A stretch of DNA of 64,000 bases. It comes from a virus. This document shows, piece by piece, positions 9,240 through 22,177 of this stretch (positions are counted from its first letter, which is position 1; each line of letters starts with the position of its first letter). Under the pieces are notes generated by a model. That model was not told the DNA's origin, did not search any database, and worked only from the letters and a program-made list of their open reading frames with translations. The stretch is from IMG/VR virus record IMGVR_UViG_3300046168_000070, positions 64,001 to 128,000 of that record; one strand, 5' to 3'. The translations under genes and the position numbers were made by a program.

Positions 9240-9947
9240 ATGCCTTGTGATTGTAAAAAATGTCTCGATTGTGGAGAATTAAAATCCTTAGATCAATTCA
9301 CTAAAGATTCTTCTAAAAAAGATGGCAAAAATATTTATTGCATTCCTTGTAGAAACAAAAGGACTGCAAAATGGAAAGCTGAAACTAACTACAATGAAGA
9401 ACGATTAATTAAAAGCATATCAAAGCAATATCGTAAAAAATACTTACGAATTATTAACGAAAACTTGACGCACTTTTTTTATTTAAAACAATACCTTGAT
9501 TTATTTTTTTTTATCTTGCTTTGTGTTTTAAAAAATCATAATGATGTAATTAATAAAAGACGCAGAACTCAAAGAGTCTACAATAAAGAAAAAAGAAGAC
9601 CAATCGATCCTGCTTTAAAAGCTCACCATGAGCAGTTAAGAAGGTGTAGGAAAAAATCCGCCATTTTACTATCTTCTGATAATTTAATAATCAAACAAAT
9701 AATCAATAATAGAATTGCCCTTGATAGTTATGGAGAAACTAAATGGTCTGTCGATCATTTAATACCGATCTCGAAGGGCGGCTCACATCATCAAGATAAT
9801 TTACAAATCATCAAACTTTCTGAAAACATAGCAAAAAATAATCATAGTTATGAGCGATACGCCTATATAAAAACTCGTTGGGCTATAAATAAAGAGTCTT
9901 TTAAAAATCCGTTGTCTCCTTATTTTAAAATAACCCTTGACAAATAA
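9240..9947 (+). CDS. HNH endonuclease with N-terminal Zn finger
   Basis: CxxC..CxxC (KCLDCGELK...YCIPC); VDHLIPISKGGSHHQDNLQII...ENIAKNN. Confidence 0.8.
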   Translation: MPCDCKKCLDCGELKSLDQFTKDSSKKDGKNIYCIPCRNKRTAKWKAETNYNEERLIKSISKQYRKKYLRIINENLTHFFYLKQYLDLFFFILLCVLKNHNDVINKRRRTQRVYNKEKRRPIDPALKAHHEQLRRCRKKSAILLSSDNLIIKQIINNRIALDSYGETKWSVDHLIPISKGGSHHQDNLQIIKLSENIAKNNHSYERYAYIKTRWAINKESFKNPLSPYFKITLDK

Positions 9948-9972
9948 TAAAAAACCTACATAATTAAATACT

Positions 9973-12457
9973 ATGAATAGATTTGAATTAGAAGATGCAA
10001 TGAGTGATGTTCACCAAGTAGGTGAAGATATAGAAACAATGATATATGCGATTGGAGATTCTCCAATCAAACATACCGAAGACCAATTATTAAATATGCT
10101 TATCGGCATAAAACAACTGCATGAGACTCGTTATCAAAAAATGTGGAATGTCTTTGAGCAGTTAATTAAAAAAGGAATTATATCAAATAAAGAAGGAGAC
10201 ATAGAATAATGATCGAAGTAGGAAAACTTTGGAGAGTTGACGAAAAAGTTGCGTTAGAAATAATTGATTTAGCGATAACTCATATTAAAAAAGTTGAGCT
10301 TAATCCCGAAGTCGAAACTGAAGGTGACAATTTTGACTATTGGAATAGTTACAAGCTAGAAGATGGCACTTTTGTAGATTACAATATCCATTGTGGTGAA
10401 GACATAGGGAGAATAAATGCTGAAACAGGTGAGTTTGAGTATTCTGATCCTAGTGAATGGTCATGGGATGTCGCTTGTTATGCAGTTGATCCGCCAAATA
10501 AAGATAATCCTTATCATCAAATTGATACAGATAGGGAACATTATTTATTTAATTATAATAAAGATGGAAATGGAGAAATTGTATATGAACATTGAGTCTC
10601 AAATATTGAAAGGCATTGAAAATTTTTTAAAAGAAAATGGTTATGAAACATCATTCTCTCCAAACTTGCAATCAAAACAAACTCAAATAGAGCTTGCTAG
10701 GGCAATCAAAAAAGAAATGAATTTTTATTTAAAAGGTAAAAGCTAATATGTATAATTGGATATTTTTATTTGAATTATTTTTTATAATAGGGTTGACAAT
10801 ATTAATAATTATAGCTAGTCTTTAAGTATGAGCGGAGAAGGTTTATCAGTTAGTTTTAGAAGAACATCCTTTACGGATAAGTCTAATGCAGAACTCCTTG
10901 AGGAGTTTCAAAAGATCATCTACAATAGTAGAGTTATGAGGCACATGAAATGGTATGGCAAACTTAATAGTGTTGACATACTAGAGCATGGTGACGACAA
11001 CCCGACCAAAATTTCAACAAGAATATGTTGCAATTAAAGACACTTTTCAATTTGAGATTAGTGTTTATGAGTCTTGGTACGAAGATGCTGATCTTTATGA
11101 GTCGTATGAAGTAGAAGATAGTTTTGTGTCTCTTGCTTTTAAGTTCGCCAAAGATAACAACTTGATGTATTTTTCCCAAGGTTTTCCTGCGGAATGGATA
11201 GAGACAGAAACTGCTGATGGAGAAAGATGTTGGAATCATTATAATGTAAAACCCGATGATAAAAACATTGACAAGATATGCAAGATATGGCATGATTATA
11301 GTATGAATATGGTTAAAGCAGGACAATGTGGTCAAACTGACGAAATGAAAAGTCATTATTGGAAATCAGCAAGAGATCAAATAAAAGAATTAATGGAATA
11401 TGAATATGCAAAATAGATCAGATAATTATTTAACAGAGCAATACAATCGAAATCGTCCACCATCAGAACATATCTCAAATGTGGATCAAATATCAAACGC
11501 TTACTCGCAAAGTTGGTTGACAATCAGACGAGAAGATAATACGGACGATTGGTCTGCTCCGATTATGTGGTTAGATGACGAATCGGAATATGATCTTTTT
11601 GCATTTAATGACCTAAATATAGATTGGGTGGAAGAAATGGATAAAGAGGGTGCTCCAATTATAGATGGCGATCATTTAGGCAGAGATATTTGCATTGAAG
11701 TAACCTGCCCATCCAAGGGTTGGAATAAAAGAAGGGCAATAGGATACAACATAGATTTTGATTGGAACTAATGAAGAAAAAATCAAGCGGAAATGGCAAA
11801 GGCGATTCGCCTAGAAACAATGCTTCAAAAAAATTTAGAGATAACTATTCTGAAATAAATTGGAGAAAAGTTCGCAAGGCTAAAAAACTTCTTGACAAAA
11901 ACAAGAATAAATAATATCATTATATACATGATAGAAGATAATACAAAAATTAGTAAACACATTCTCATTAATACTTTAGCAAAACCGCCTTATGCTTATT
12001 TAGGTCATGCTGATCTATCCAAATTTGAAGCGAACACAAAGAATCGTGCATTTAAGATGAATAGAGTTAATAAAAAATATATATTAGAGGAAGATTGGAA
12101 ATGAAAATACAAGTAACTAACTACGGGAAAACATATACCATTGAATCTGATGAAGACCATGATGTTGAGAGTGTCGCAGATATGTTCAAGAGCTTGCTTG
12201 TAAGTATGGGATACCATCCATGCAATGTAGACGCATTATTTAATACAGAGTATAAATGGTTTACTGAAGAAGAATTAGAGCAGAATCTGCAAGGTCATCA
12301 AAGTGGCTCAAATGCGATAGTGAACAAATGGCACAACGAATGTTTGCATGAATCTAAAGAGTCTTTTTCAGAAAGAAAAAAGAGGGTAGAGGAATGGCAA
12401 AATAATCTTTATCGTCCCGAAGATGATGATTTCGATGAATACGATATGTTTAAATAG
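9973..12457 (+). CDS. cluster of small early hypothetical ORFs (9973-10209, 10209-10595, 10828-11037, 10988-11416, 11400-11771, 11771-11914, 11928-12104, 12101-12457)
   Basis: dense ORFs; promoters at 9937, 10793, 11892; 11771-11914 is a basic GKGDSPRN peptide absent from the ORF track. Confidence 0.65.
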
Positions 12458-12459
12458 AT

Positions 12460-12750
12460 ATGACAGAATACGAGATAGAATTAAAAGAAACTCCCGAAGG
12501 TGAATTATTTTTTCGCATACCCGATGATGCTCTTGGTCGATTAGGTTGGGAAGAAGGTGATGAGTTAAAGTTTGAAGAAAGGGATGGTGCAGTTCTGATT
12601 CGCAAAATTAAATACGAAAGCGTTGAGCTAGAATTTGACGATGAAGAACTTCTTAAATATATGAAGTTTGCACATGAATCGGGGATTACATTTAATCAAC
12701 TTTGCGAAGACGCAATTAGATCAAAATTAGATGAAATTAATTCTGAGTAA
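12460..12750 (+). CDS. AbrB/MazE-like DNA-binding domain plus C-terminal ribbon-helix-helix-like segment
   Basis: GELFFRIPDDALGRLGWEEGDELKFE; AHESGITFNQLCEDAIR. Confidence 0.7.
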   Translation: MTEYEIELKETPEGELFFRIPDDALGRLGWEEGDELKFEERDGAVLIRKIKYESVELEFDDEELLKYMKFAHESGITFNQLCEDAIRSKLDEINSE

Positions 12751-12950
12751 ATTTTTATATTATTGTGGAGATTTGGTTAGTCGGCTTTTGTATTTTAATT
12801 GTCTTAGTTGGTTGTATCCATTTTATAACAAAATAATGTTGCTAAGTTCTAAGCTAGATAAAGAAGGCGAGGTATGGAAATATCATGCCCCAAAATTATC
12901 TGATGAACAATTAAAAGAATTAACTAAAGAAGTTAAAAAAAGAAAACTAC

Positions 12951-13579
12951 ATGAATAATGAAGTGGAATTATTAGGTCACTATGGTAGTGATGAAATTAT
13001 TGCCTGTTCAGCGTGGACAAGCACAAGCAGGAATTTAACTGAAGAAAAAAAACAACGCATTCCCAAGCTTATTAATATGCTTTGGAGTAATGGTCACGAA
13101 ACTCCCTTTGAAAAAGGTGTTGTTCATTTTTTAGTCGATACAGAAATTGCTAGTCATATACATTTACTGAAGCATAGAATTGCTTCGATTAATGCAGAGT
13201 CAGCAAGGTATAAAGAATTAAAAGAGGATAAAATATTTATCCCCGATGATTTCCCAAATAAATGGAAACAAAAATTAATTGATTATAGTGATGAAGGTAA
13301 TAACTTATATCATTCATGCTAGAAGAACTTGAGCCAATCTTAGGCAGGAAAAGAGCGAAAGAGTCTGCTAGATTCTTCAAGACTTACAATTCTCGGATAC
13401 AAGCAGATGTGATGTTCAATATGCGTAGCTTTGCAAATTTTTTAAATCTTAGAAATAGTGAACACGCACAAAAAGAAATTAGAGAAATAGCCTTGACAAT
13501 GTTAGAGTTAGTAACTAATATCGAAGGACAACCATTCAAATATACATTAGAAGCATTCAATGAATCAAGAAAAAAGTGA
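12951..13579 (+). CDS. thyX: flavin-dependent thymidylate synthase ThyX (split by 1-nt deletion near 13320)
   Basis: GHETPFE, LLKHRIASINAESARY, FNMRSFANFLNLRNSEHAQKEIR; the two ORFs join if one T is restored (TGC TTA GAA); span 629 nt. Confidence 0.88.
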
Positions 13580-13720
13580 ATACATTATTATTGATTGGAA
13601 TCGCCCACATGGTCACGAAAGATTGCCAACGAATAAAAAAATTCTCTTGACAAAAGATGAGGCTTATGATTTAAATAAGTTGCTTACATTAAATGGCGAA
13701 AATAAAAGATATGTTAAATT

Positions 13721-14374
13721 ATGAATGAATACATTTATATACTTAGAGAGAGCAACAAAAGATCAAAAAATTATTTCAAGATAGGAAAAGGTTGTGGTTC
13801 TAAAAGAAAATATGATGCAGGAAGGTATAGACATATACAAATAGGTAACCCAAGAAAATTATATTTAATTGAAAAAATATATGATGCAAATGCCGACAAG
13901 CTAGAACCCTTTTTTCATAAAAATCTTATGGAATTTCATTATAGAGGTGAATGGTTTTATCTTAACGAAGAATTATTTTTGAATAAAATAAAAGAAATTA
14001 AAAACTCATTTAAAAATTTAAATTCTACTGAAATCAAAAAAATTAAAAGTCCATTAAAATTTTTATCTAATAACGAGCAAGCTAAATTACTTGGGCAAAA
14101 AAGTGCTACGAAGAGAAGGCAATATGCAATAAATTGGGCTAAAGAAGTAAATCTATTTGGTTTAATACAAGAAGCTATTGACACTTTAGAAAACCCAAAT
14201 CTTAAAAATGTCGCCAAATTTCTTAATAATAAAGGAGTAAAAACAAGAAGTGGTCATTGCTTTAGTGGATCAAACTTACATAAACAACTTACTCGCTTCA
14301 ATGAGGTTAATCTAAGGCAACAAATTAATCGCTTGGGTGTTAATTGGAAAGAATTAAAAAATCAACATAAATGA
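13721..14374 (+). CDS. T5orf172/GIY-YIG-like nuclease fused to a recombinase-type DNA-binding domain
   Basis: YIYIL...FKIG...IQIGNPRKL...YRGEWF; C-terminal VAKFLNNKGVKTRSG..FSGSNL. Confidence 0.7.
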   Translation: MNEYIYILRESNKRSKNYFKIGKGCGSKRKYDAGRYRHIQIGNPRKLYLIEKIYDANADKLEPFFHKNLMEFHYRGEWFYLNEELFLNKIKEIKNSFKNLNSTEIKKIKSPLKFLSNNEQAKLLGQKSATKRRQYAINWAKEVNLFGLIQEAIDTLENPNLKNVAKFLNNKGVKTRSGHCFSGSNLHKQLTRFNEVNLRQQINRLGVNWKELKNQHK

Positions 14375-17300
14375 AAACAATACATAATACTAAAAACTGC
14401 AATTACAGAAGGTTCTTGCACAAAAAACTAAAGAATGGAAAAATTAGTGGTCGCTTTTATAAGTTTCTTTGCAGAAGTCATCCGTATCGCATTACAACTC
14501 GTAACATCGAGTTAATTGTAAGAGAGATTCTTGATGGTAAGATGACAGAAGACAAAGGTATTCGCCTACTAAAACAAGATACTAGCGAGCTAAAGATGCA
14601 GAAAGAGATGTATAAATCAAATATAGAGTATGCTAAAAAAGTTAAAACATAAATTAAAACAAATATACGAACTCTTCGCTTGTATTGGAATTTTCATGAT
14701 CATTATGTATTTATTAGTAGTGTATATATTAACAGGAAAAGATTAAATAATGAAAGAAATAATAATTAAAGTTTTAAAAAATTTTGCTGACTTACAAGTA
14801 AACCTAGAATCAGATTCGGCAAGAGAAATAATTGCGTCAGAGATAGAACTTAATTTAATAAAAAATAATGTTAATTTAAGTATTGATTCGTTGGAGCAAA
14901 TTTGCGAGGATAAAGGTACTGATGATTGTTGTGGGGGCAACTGCCATCAATGATCTGCTTAAACTATAAAGGCTTGAAGATTATAGAAGACCTTCACAAG
15001 TTGCGAGCAGAAACAAAAATCCATAAGCAGAAAAAAAAGTCTTGACATATCACTTTTGTTGGTTCATACTTAAATCATGAACGAAAACAGAAGAAAAGAG
15101 TTGCTTGAAGAAATTAAAGAAATGAATCCCGAAGCAATGTTTGCCGATGGGTTTGATGATTCTATTCTTGGTCATGATACTAAAGGTAGAGTTGTATACT
15201 CTGTTGATTCTATTCTTGAGACTCTCACAGAAAGAGACAATATGAGCGTGGAAGAAGCTCAAGAATATTTTTATTTTAATATTGATGGAGCGTATGTCGG
15301 TGAATACACTCCAATTTATATCTATTAATACTTGACAATAACAAAAAACTAAATTAGGATTATAACATGAAAACATACGAAGTAGAAATGGCAAGTACGA
15401 CATATCGTACTTTTGAGGTTGAAGCAGATTCGCCCGAAGATGCTCAAAATAAAGCGTTCCTTGAACTAGATGCTGATTCGGAGATTAGTAAAGCGTGGAG
15501 ACAAAATGCAGAAGTTGTTTTCTGCGAACCTCAAGGTGGAACATCGCACATGGATGACGATGAGTTTGGTGCTTATATTAGAGGCGAGAGCGTAGACGCT
15601 GACACAATGGATTATGATGGCATGGGAAATCACAAAAGATAATAAAATGAAAGAGATCATAGGAGACGATTATCCAACTTACGAAGAATCTGCAAATCTT
15701 ACTCTTGCAGAGAAACAAAAGGCTGAGGCTTTGACTTATCTCACAGAAGTAGAGAGCGAAATCAATAAGCAAAACATTGAAAGATTAATGAAAGAAAATC
15801 TTGAGCTTAGACATCGCTTGTCTTGTATTGCTGATGACATTGAAATTATTGATAGGCACATTAAAAATAATTGCAACAAAAGATTTAAAAGACCAAGCTT
15901 GAATAAAGATGGCAGTATCTATGCAGATGAAGCATGGCACAATGTTACAAATATAGAAATTGCTTGTGATTTAAATGATGACGAGCCATTATATTGGGGA
16001 AGTAAAATCAAAGGAGAACTCACCCAAGACCAAATCATGGAAATGGAACAACAAATGCGATGAACATCGACTATTCTTTATTAGAAAAACAAAGAGATCA
16101 TTTGCTCGCAATCTTGTGGCATGACTCCAAACCTTCACAAGAAAGAGAAGATGAGCCTGTCCCACTAGATAGAGAATTAGGTTGGGGCATTGTACATTTA
16201 CTAGACGATTTACTAGATCAAGACTATTACAAAAATAAAAAAGCATGAGTAAGAAAAGAGAATATTGCGTTGGGGTTAAAATAATTAATTGCTTTTATGT
16301 TGAAGCAGAAAGTCGAGATGAAGCAGAGCAAATAGTAAGAGAGTATGATCCGTACAAGACTCTTGATGATTGTGATTTTAATATTGAGTATGCTGATCCT
16401 ACGAATGGAGAAATTGCTTGGAAAATAAAAGCGGATGAAGTTGATTGGAAAAAACTCGATGAACAATAAAGCATTAAGTGGATTAAAATTAGAAGCAGAA
16501 TCAATTCAAGAATTAAAAGATACTCATAATTTTATTGACGAATTAGAAGAAGAGCTTGAATGGTATTGTCGCAATGCTTCAGATGAAGAAGAACATATTA
16601 TACATTTAGAAAACTCGTTAGATAAATTATATAGAAAATTAGAATTATTAGAAAAATTATGAAATTAACTAAATATCAAAAAGCTAGATTACTTGAACAT
16701 GAATGGGATGTAATTTCTAACGATCATGGAAATTGTGCTTGGATCAGTATCGCTCCCGAAGATGGTGCTATTTTTGGACAAGTTGCTAAAGAATTAGGCT
16801 TGACAGGAGATGGTGAAGATATTAAGCTATTGATAGTAGGAACACAGGAAGGAGAATAAATATGAGAACAACTGAAAGACAATCTAGGGAAGGAGAACCA
16901 TCTATTGATGATATGCGTTATGATCTTGCCGAAGCAGATGCAATGAACATGAATGTTGGTCAAATCATAGAGATGCTATTGGATGGTGTTCAAGGTTTAA
17001 ATGAAATTCCCGACATTGAAATAAAAGATGAATGGAATCAAATTTTTGGGGTTGACAAATAATCCAATTGCCACTATTGTTTTATCATGGACTATACAAG
17101 AGAAATAATATATGGATTTAAACTAATAGATCGTCTAATATCTAATTCAATAGATGATTTATCGAAAGAATGTGCGAGTGAAATTGACGATAGATACAAT
17201 TTGCTCTTAGAATACGAAGAATTTTTTAAATATGACGAGAAAAGATTTAATTATGAAATCAGAAACTTTCTTATATGGATGTGCGATGTAATTTTACTTG

Positions 17301-17489
17301 ATACTTTATAATATGAAATTAAAAGAAGCAATCGAATTAGTCTTAAATGAAGCAGAATCTTCAGCTTTAGGAGAAAATAACCAAGAGGTGCTTGACGCAG
17401 TAGAGATGGTTAATAAATTCTATCGAGTTTTCGGGCATCATTTTCAAAATTTTACTTTGCCCGAAGAATTAAATCTTGACAAAGATTAA
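14371..17489 (+). CDS. cluster of about 12 small early hypothetical ORFs
   Basis: ORFs 14371, 14750, 15077, 15367, 15614, 16060, 16245, 16435, 16659, 16862, 17087, 17298; promoters at 15042, 15332, 17052. Confidence 0.65.
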
Positions 17490-17535
17490 AAAACCTGTCA
17501 GTATTAAATAATTAACAATTAACAAAGGAAGAAAA

Positions 17536-18152
17536 ATGAATTATTTTACAAATACAAATGTCCGTTGGAAAACATGGTCACCCGAAAATGTTATTTTAAA
17601 AGCAATCAATTGGTAAAGAAGGTTTTACCCTCTGAACATATTTTGTCATGGAAGAGTAAAGGTGATCGTGACCGAAAAATGTGCGAGATGACAGGTTGCG
17701 AGGCAACTCAAGCGAATCAATTTGGTGGACAACCATATACATATTATACCAAAGAAAACTATAAAGGAATCATGGTTCAATTAAAAGATGTAAAAGATGA
17801 TTTTCCATCTGCTAATATTGACTTTATTGATTGGACAGAGAGAAAAGATAGTGTCGGCAACATGAAAGGTCATCTTGATATATTAGTTTATCTAAATGCT
17901 TTTCATCAACCTTGGCAATATGTTAAATGTCCTCAAACAGGAAATTGGGTCAGAAAAAGCACAGGTAATACTGCTCCATTACGAGAAGGTTATCGTATGT
18001 GTTATGGTGGACAAGGTGATGCCAATGCTTTAGACTTTGACGAATTCCATGAGATGATTCAAATAACAGAAATGATCAGAGATTTTCTTGTTGATGTTAT
18101 TATCCCCACAAAGAATGGCGAATTAGTTGAAGAAGATTTATTAGTAGCATGA
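17536..18152 (+). CDS. hypothetical protein with apparent 1-nt deletion near 17612
   Basis: promoter 17476 and SD AAAGGAAG point to ATG 17536; MNYF...KAINW joins VKKVLPSEH if TGG becomes TGGG; span 617 nt. Confidence 0.6.
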
Positions 18153-18274
18153 CTAATTTACCCGAAATTTTTTATGTTTTAAATATAGTAACAGGATGCG
18201 TTTTCGTTTTACTTTTTCTCTTTTTTGTGATGAGTGGAGAATAATTATATAAAATTATATGTGTAATTATATAT

Positions 18275-18505
18275 ATGGAAGAGCGAGAAAAGGAGCTTAA
18301 AAATAAATTACATTTAGCGTGTAGACAGATTCAAGACCAACTGATTGGCTTTGAGGCACTAAAAGAATATTGTGATATAGATGAATTTCACATCAATAAG
18401 CTTAATGAAATTTTACTTGAATTAAATTTTGCTTATGATAGCTTACTTGAAAATAAAAATATTGATAAATTTCACTTATTTCAAAATAAATTTAAGAAAC
18501 TTTAG
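18275..18505 (+). CDS. hypothetical late protein
   Basis: GTGTAA 18261-18266, 8 nt before ATG. Confidence 0.65.
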   Translation: MEEREKELKNKLHLACRQIQDQLIGFEALKEYCDIDEFHINKLNEILLELNFAYDSLLENKNIDKFHLFQNKFKKL

Positions 18506-18517
18506 TAAGACATTATT

Positions 18518-21250
18518 ATGTCTGCATTAGTTTATTTTTTACTCACTTTATATTTAATCAATTTAATATTTGCATTTATATCCGCCCTTATAGTTGTCAA
18601 GCAGGACGATAACCCAAACAAGAATAAAATGTCATCAAACAATAAAATAATAATGGACGATTACGATGCAGGTTTTGCAGATGCAACAAAACTAATGCAA
18701 GAAAAATTAGATGCAATGCTCTTTAAATACGAACTAATTCTCAAGGAATATGATTACATCGAAGAAGCAAGAGATGTTGCGTTGCTTGAAGAGGTTAAAC
18801 AAAAACTTTTCGAAAAATAGTGTTGACAAGTTGGTAGAACTTCATCATAATTATAGTCATGAAGTATCAAGCCGAAGCAAATGCAGTTTATGAAATGTTA
18901 TTTGATCTTGAGGATTTGGTTGATTTGCATCAAAGCAGGTTTTCGACCAATCAATTACGAGATATAATTTCATTTAAAAATAAAGTCAATCATTATCTTG
19001 GTCGGAGATTGCCATTGAAAGCCAAGAAGCAAGTAAAAGACTTAGACAAGTACATTCAACAATGTTTATATTATGCAAACTGAAATTATAGTTAAAGAAA
19101 AAAAATACAAGAACAGAAAGATAGTTTATGGGTTGTCGTCTCTGACCATGCCGAAAATCTTAATTTATTAACCCGCAGAAAAAGCCTTGATAGGGTTGAT
19201 CTCTTATGCTTGACTGATCTTGGTTTTAAAATAAAATACTTATGATAACAGAAACAGAAATACAAAATTTTCTTTATGAAATAGACGATCAACTAAGTGA
19301 CGATCAAATAAATTCGTTGGCACAAAAAATATTTAATAATCAAAAAATATTATTTAGTTTATTTGACAAAGTTTCGGATAAACCTTGCGTTTGTGGATTT
19401 TGGGGGGATAAATAATGAAAATACAACTAGGAATAAGAGGCAGTTCAGATAGCATAAATCATATCTTAATTAAAATAGATGATCTTATTTTAATGAATAA
19501 AGATAATTTATTTCTAGTAGGAAACGAAGGCAGAGATAATACAGGAAAAAATTTAGTTCAGTTATTAAATACTCTATCAAAAGATCACGAAATATCTGTA
19601 AGCGAGAATGTTGCAGAACAGATAGAGAGCGAATTGGACATAAAAAATAATCAAATTAAAAAATATATAAATTAAATAAATATGAAAAGAGGACAATCAG
19701 TTAATAAAGAAAAGATTTTATTGCAAATAATAGATCATTGCAAGGAACTTTTAAAAGACGAAAAATTTCTCATAAATAACGATTGGGAGACTGATGTTTT
19801 ATTACTTCACTCAGAGAAGTTTCTCAAACAAGAGAAAAAAACTTGACATAAATTCTTGTCTCGTTTAGTATTATACCATGAACACAACAGAAGCATTTCT
19901 AGCAAGTATTGAACAATCAATCTCTCATGCAGAGAAGATAGCGAACTCAATCCCCAAGAAGGGTCTTAATGTTTATCTTGACAAATCTACTATGGTCATG
20001 CAGACATTCAGCGATCCTAGTGCGTTTGAGTATGCCAAGAAGGTTACTGCAAGAGCAGGGCAATCAAGTTGTCTTCGCAATGTATTAGATGCAGGGGGCA
20101 GATTACAATAAAAGCATGATAAAAGACGCAGAATAATAGTTTTGACACTCAAATACTAACTTTTTATCAATAACACAATAAAATGCTTGACATATCATGC
20201 AAAATGAACTTGAATAACGACATGGAAAAATTACCAACATACGAAGAATGGACAAAGGACATGGACTTAGAATCTCAAATAAAATTCTATTATGATGTTG
20301 ACATTGATAATTATTTAGGTGATCCTTGGCAAATAGTAGCAGAGATTGCAGAGGAATGTCCTAATTGGTTATCAGAGTTTAAAGCTAATTTTAAAGAATA
20401 TTTACAAGAGAGAGAATACATACAATGAAAGAATTGAAAGAAAAATTAAATAAAGTTATCTCCAAACAAGTTGAGATGGTAAATAAATATGGGTCAAATA
20501 CATTTCTCTACTTGCGACCATTATAGTTGGGATAAGGATATTTGGAATCATAGACATTCTATTGTTGACAAACTAATTGATCTAGGCTTTAATGTCGATA
20601 CTCAAATGAATTGGGGAGTATTAGATGTAACAATCACAAAGGAATTAAAACTATGAAAGTAACAAGTATTAGATATTTTGAAACAAACAAGGGAGTTGGT
20701 TATCAATGCAAAACTAATATTAAAGATGTGGAAATATGCAATGATGGCACAGGTGGAGCAACTTATGTAGATGGAGATTTAAAAAAATTAATTAAAGAAT
20801 ATACTGAATGGGATTTAGAAGATTTAATTGATCAATACGAAAATAACTCTTGACATCGCAACAAAAACACTTTAGATTTATAGCATGAACATTAATTATA
20901 TATACGAAGATAATACTATTGAAGAAAAATTTTGGTACGATTCCTACACAGGAACTTATTGCTTGCATGATGAGAGTGGGAAGAGCCAATGGAGTTTACA
21001 GAAGATGAATTAATTACAGAAGGAATTTATTTAAATGAATATTGCTAAAGAATATAATGTAGAAATAGGTTTGACTCCAAGTGATATTCAAGCTATTCTC
21101 GATGGAGAAATGTCAACGCTTCACTTTTTACCAACTGATGATACCGATTACGAAGATAAGATTAGCGTTCATCTAAAGCCAATTAGTGAAGATGCAACTT
21201 TATCAGAGCAAATGAATTTAGTTGTTGACACATGGAATAAACCTGTTTAG
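18518..21250 (+). CDS. cluster of small early hypothetical ORFs (18518, 18859, 19415, 19878, 20222, 20885-21013, 21035 and others)
   Basis: promoters at 18823, 19843, 20187, 20850 each 6-7 nt before an ATG. Confidence 0.6.
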
Positions 21251-21325
21251 AGCATCAACATATTAACAACTATATGTTTATAAAAAAGAAAAATATCGAC
21301 ATAACTTATTAGTGTAATTAAATAT

Positions 21326-22135
21326 GTGAGTAGTGATCCAAATTTTCCATCTTCTTTACCTATTGCTCCTGCGAGAAATAGTTCTCTAGGATTTAATTAT
21401 GTATGGGATACTTTAAATTTACATTGGACTCCTAAACCCGAAAGTCAATATGACTTAGCTATTGGTCAAGCAAAAGAAAGTGTGAACAAGTTCGGTGCTT
21501 TACCTCAAATCACAGATAAGTCAGCAATTCAAACTATATGGGATGGAGTAACAGAATATGTATTTCCTAGTAATAGTGGCGAATCATTAATAATCACCTC
21601 TTCCAACGGAACGGATAATCAGTCTGTAATAGTTATGGGGTTGGATGAAAATTTTGAACAGCAATCTCAAGAAGTTAATCTTTCGGGCACAAGCGATGTA
21701 AATATACCAAGTACATGGACTAGAGTTTTTAGAGCTTATAATAATGGTTCTAGCGATTTCACAGGAGATGTCTCAATTAAAAGTAGTAATGGGGTTAATA
21801 CTTACGCAAAAATTTTATCAAATAATAATCAAACCTTAATGTGTGTTTATACGATACCTGCCAATTACACAGGAAAATTAGTGAAGTTTAATATATCTGC
21901 ACACAATGTTTCTTCATCAAATTCATTAAGTGCAGTCGTGCATTTAAAAACTAGAGAGTATGGAAAAGTGTTTAGGACTCGTAATGTTACAAGTTTTAGC
22001 GATATTTCTCCGACATCCAACCAATTGACTTTCCCTCTTGTTTTACAACCTAAAACTGATATTATTTTTAATAAAGTAAGTGCGAGTGCAACTTCGGGTA
22101 AAATAAATTGCGATTTTGACATCGCATTGAGTTAA
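21326..22135 (+). CDS. putative virion protein (late island in the early region)
   Basis: GTGTAA 21312, 8 nt before GTG; Ser/Thr/Asn-rich; KFG..TIWDG...VIVMGLDENFEQ..WTRVFRAY pattern seen in phage structural proteins. Confidence 0.55.
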   Translation: MSSDPNFPSSLPIAPARNSSLGFNYVWDTLNLHWTPKPESQYDLAIGQAKESVNKFGALPQITDKSAIQTIWDGVTEYVFPSNSGESLIITSSNGTDNQSVIVMGLDENFEQQSQEVNLSGTSDVNIPSTWTRVFRAYNNGSSDFTGDVSIKSSNGVNTYAKILSNNNQTLMCVYTIPANYTGKLVKFNISAHNVSSSNSLSAVVHLKTREYGKVFRTRNVTSFSDISPTSNQLTFPLVLQPKTDIIFNKVSASATSGKINCDFDIALS

Positions 22136-22177
22136 TTTTTCTTGACATAAAGAGCAATATGCTCTATGTTTATTAAC

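Noticed and set aside
13316-13322. thyX split as a programmed frameshift, intein/intron or pseudogene
   Set aside because: No slippery site or insertion. A single missing T restores the gene, and similar 1-nt losses occur at about 17612 and 34126, so a long-read indel error is most likely. Check the raw reads.
15367-16469. Paralogous VEAxS motif ORFs (15367, 16245) as a system
   Set aside because: A common small phage fold with weak similarity and no shared context
17536-17616. 26-aa leader peptide or stop-codon readthrough
   Set aside because: Restoring one G joins it to the downstream frame; readthrough in the same frame stops again soon after
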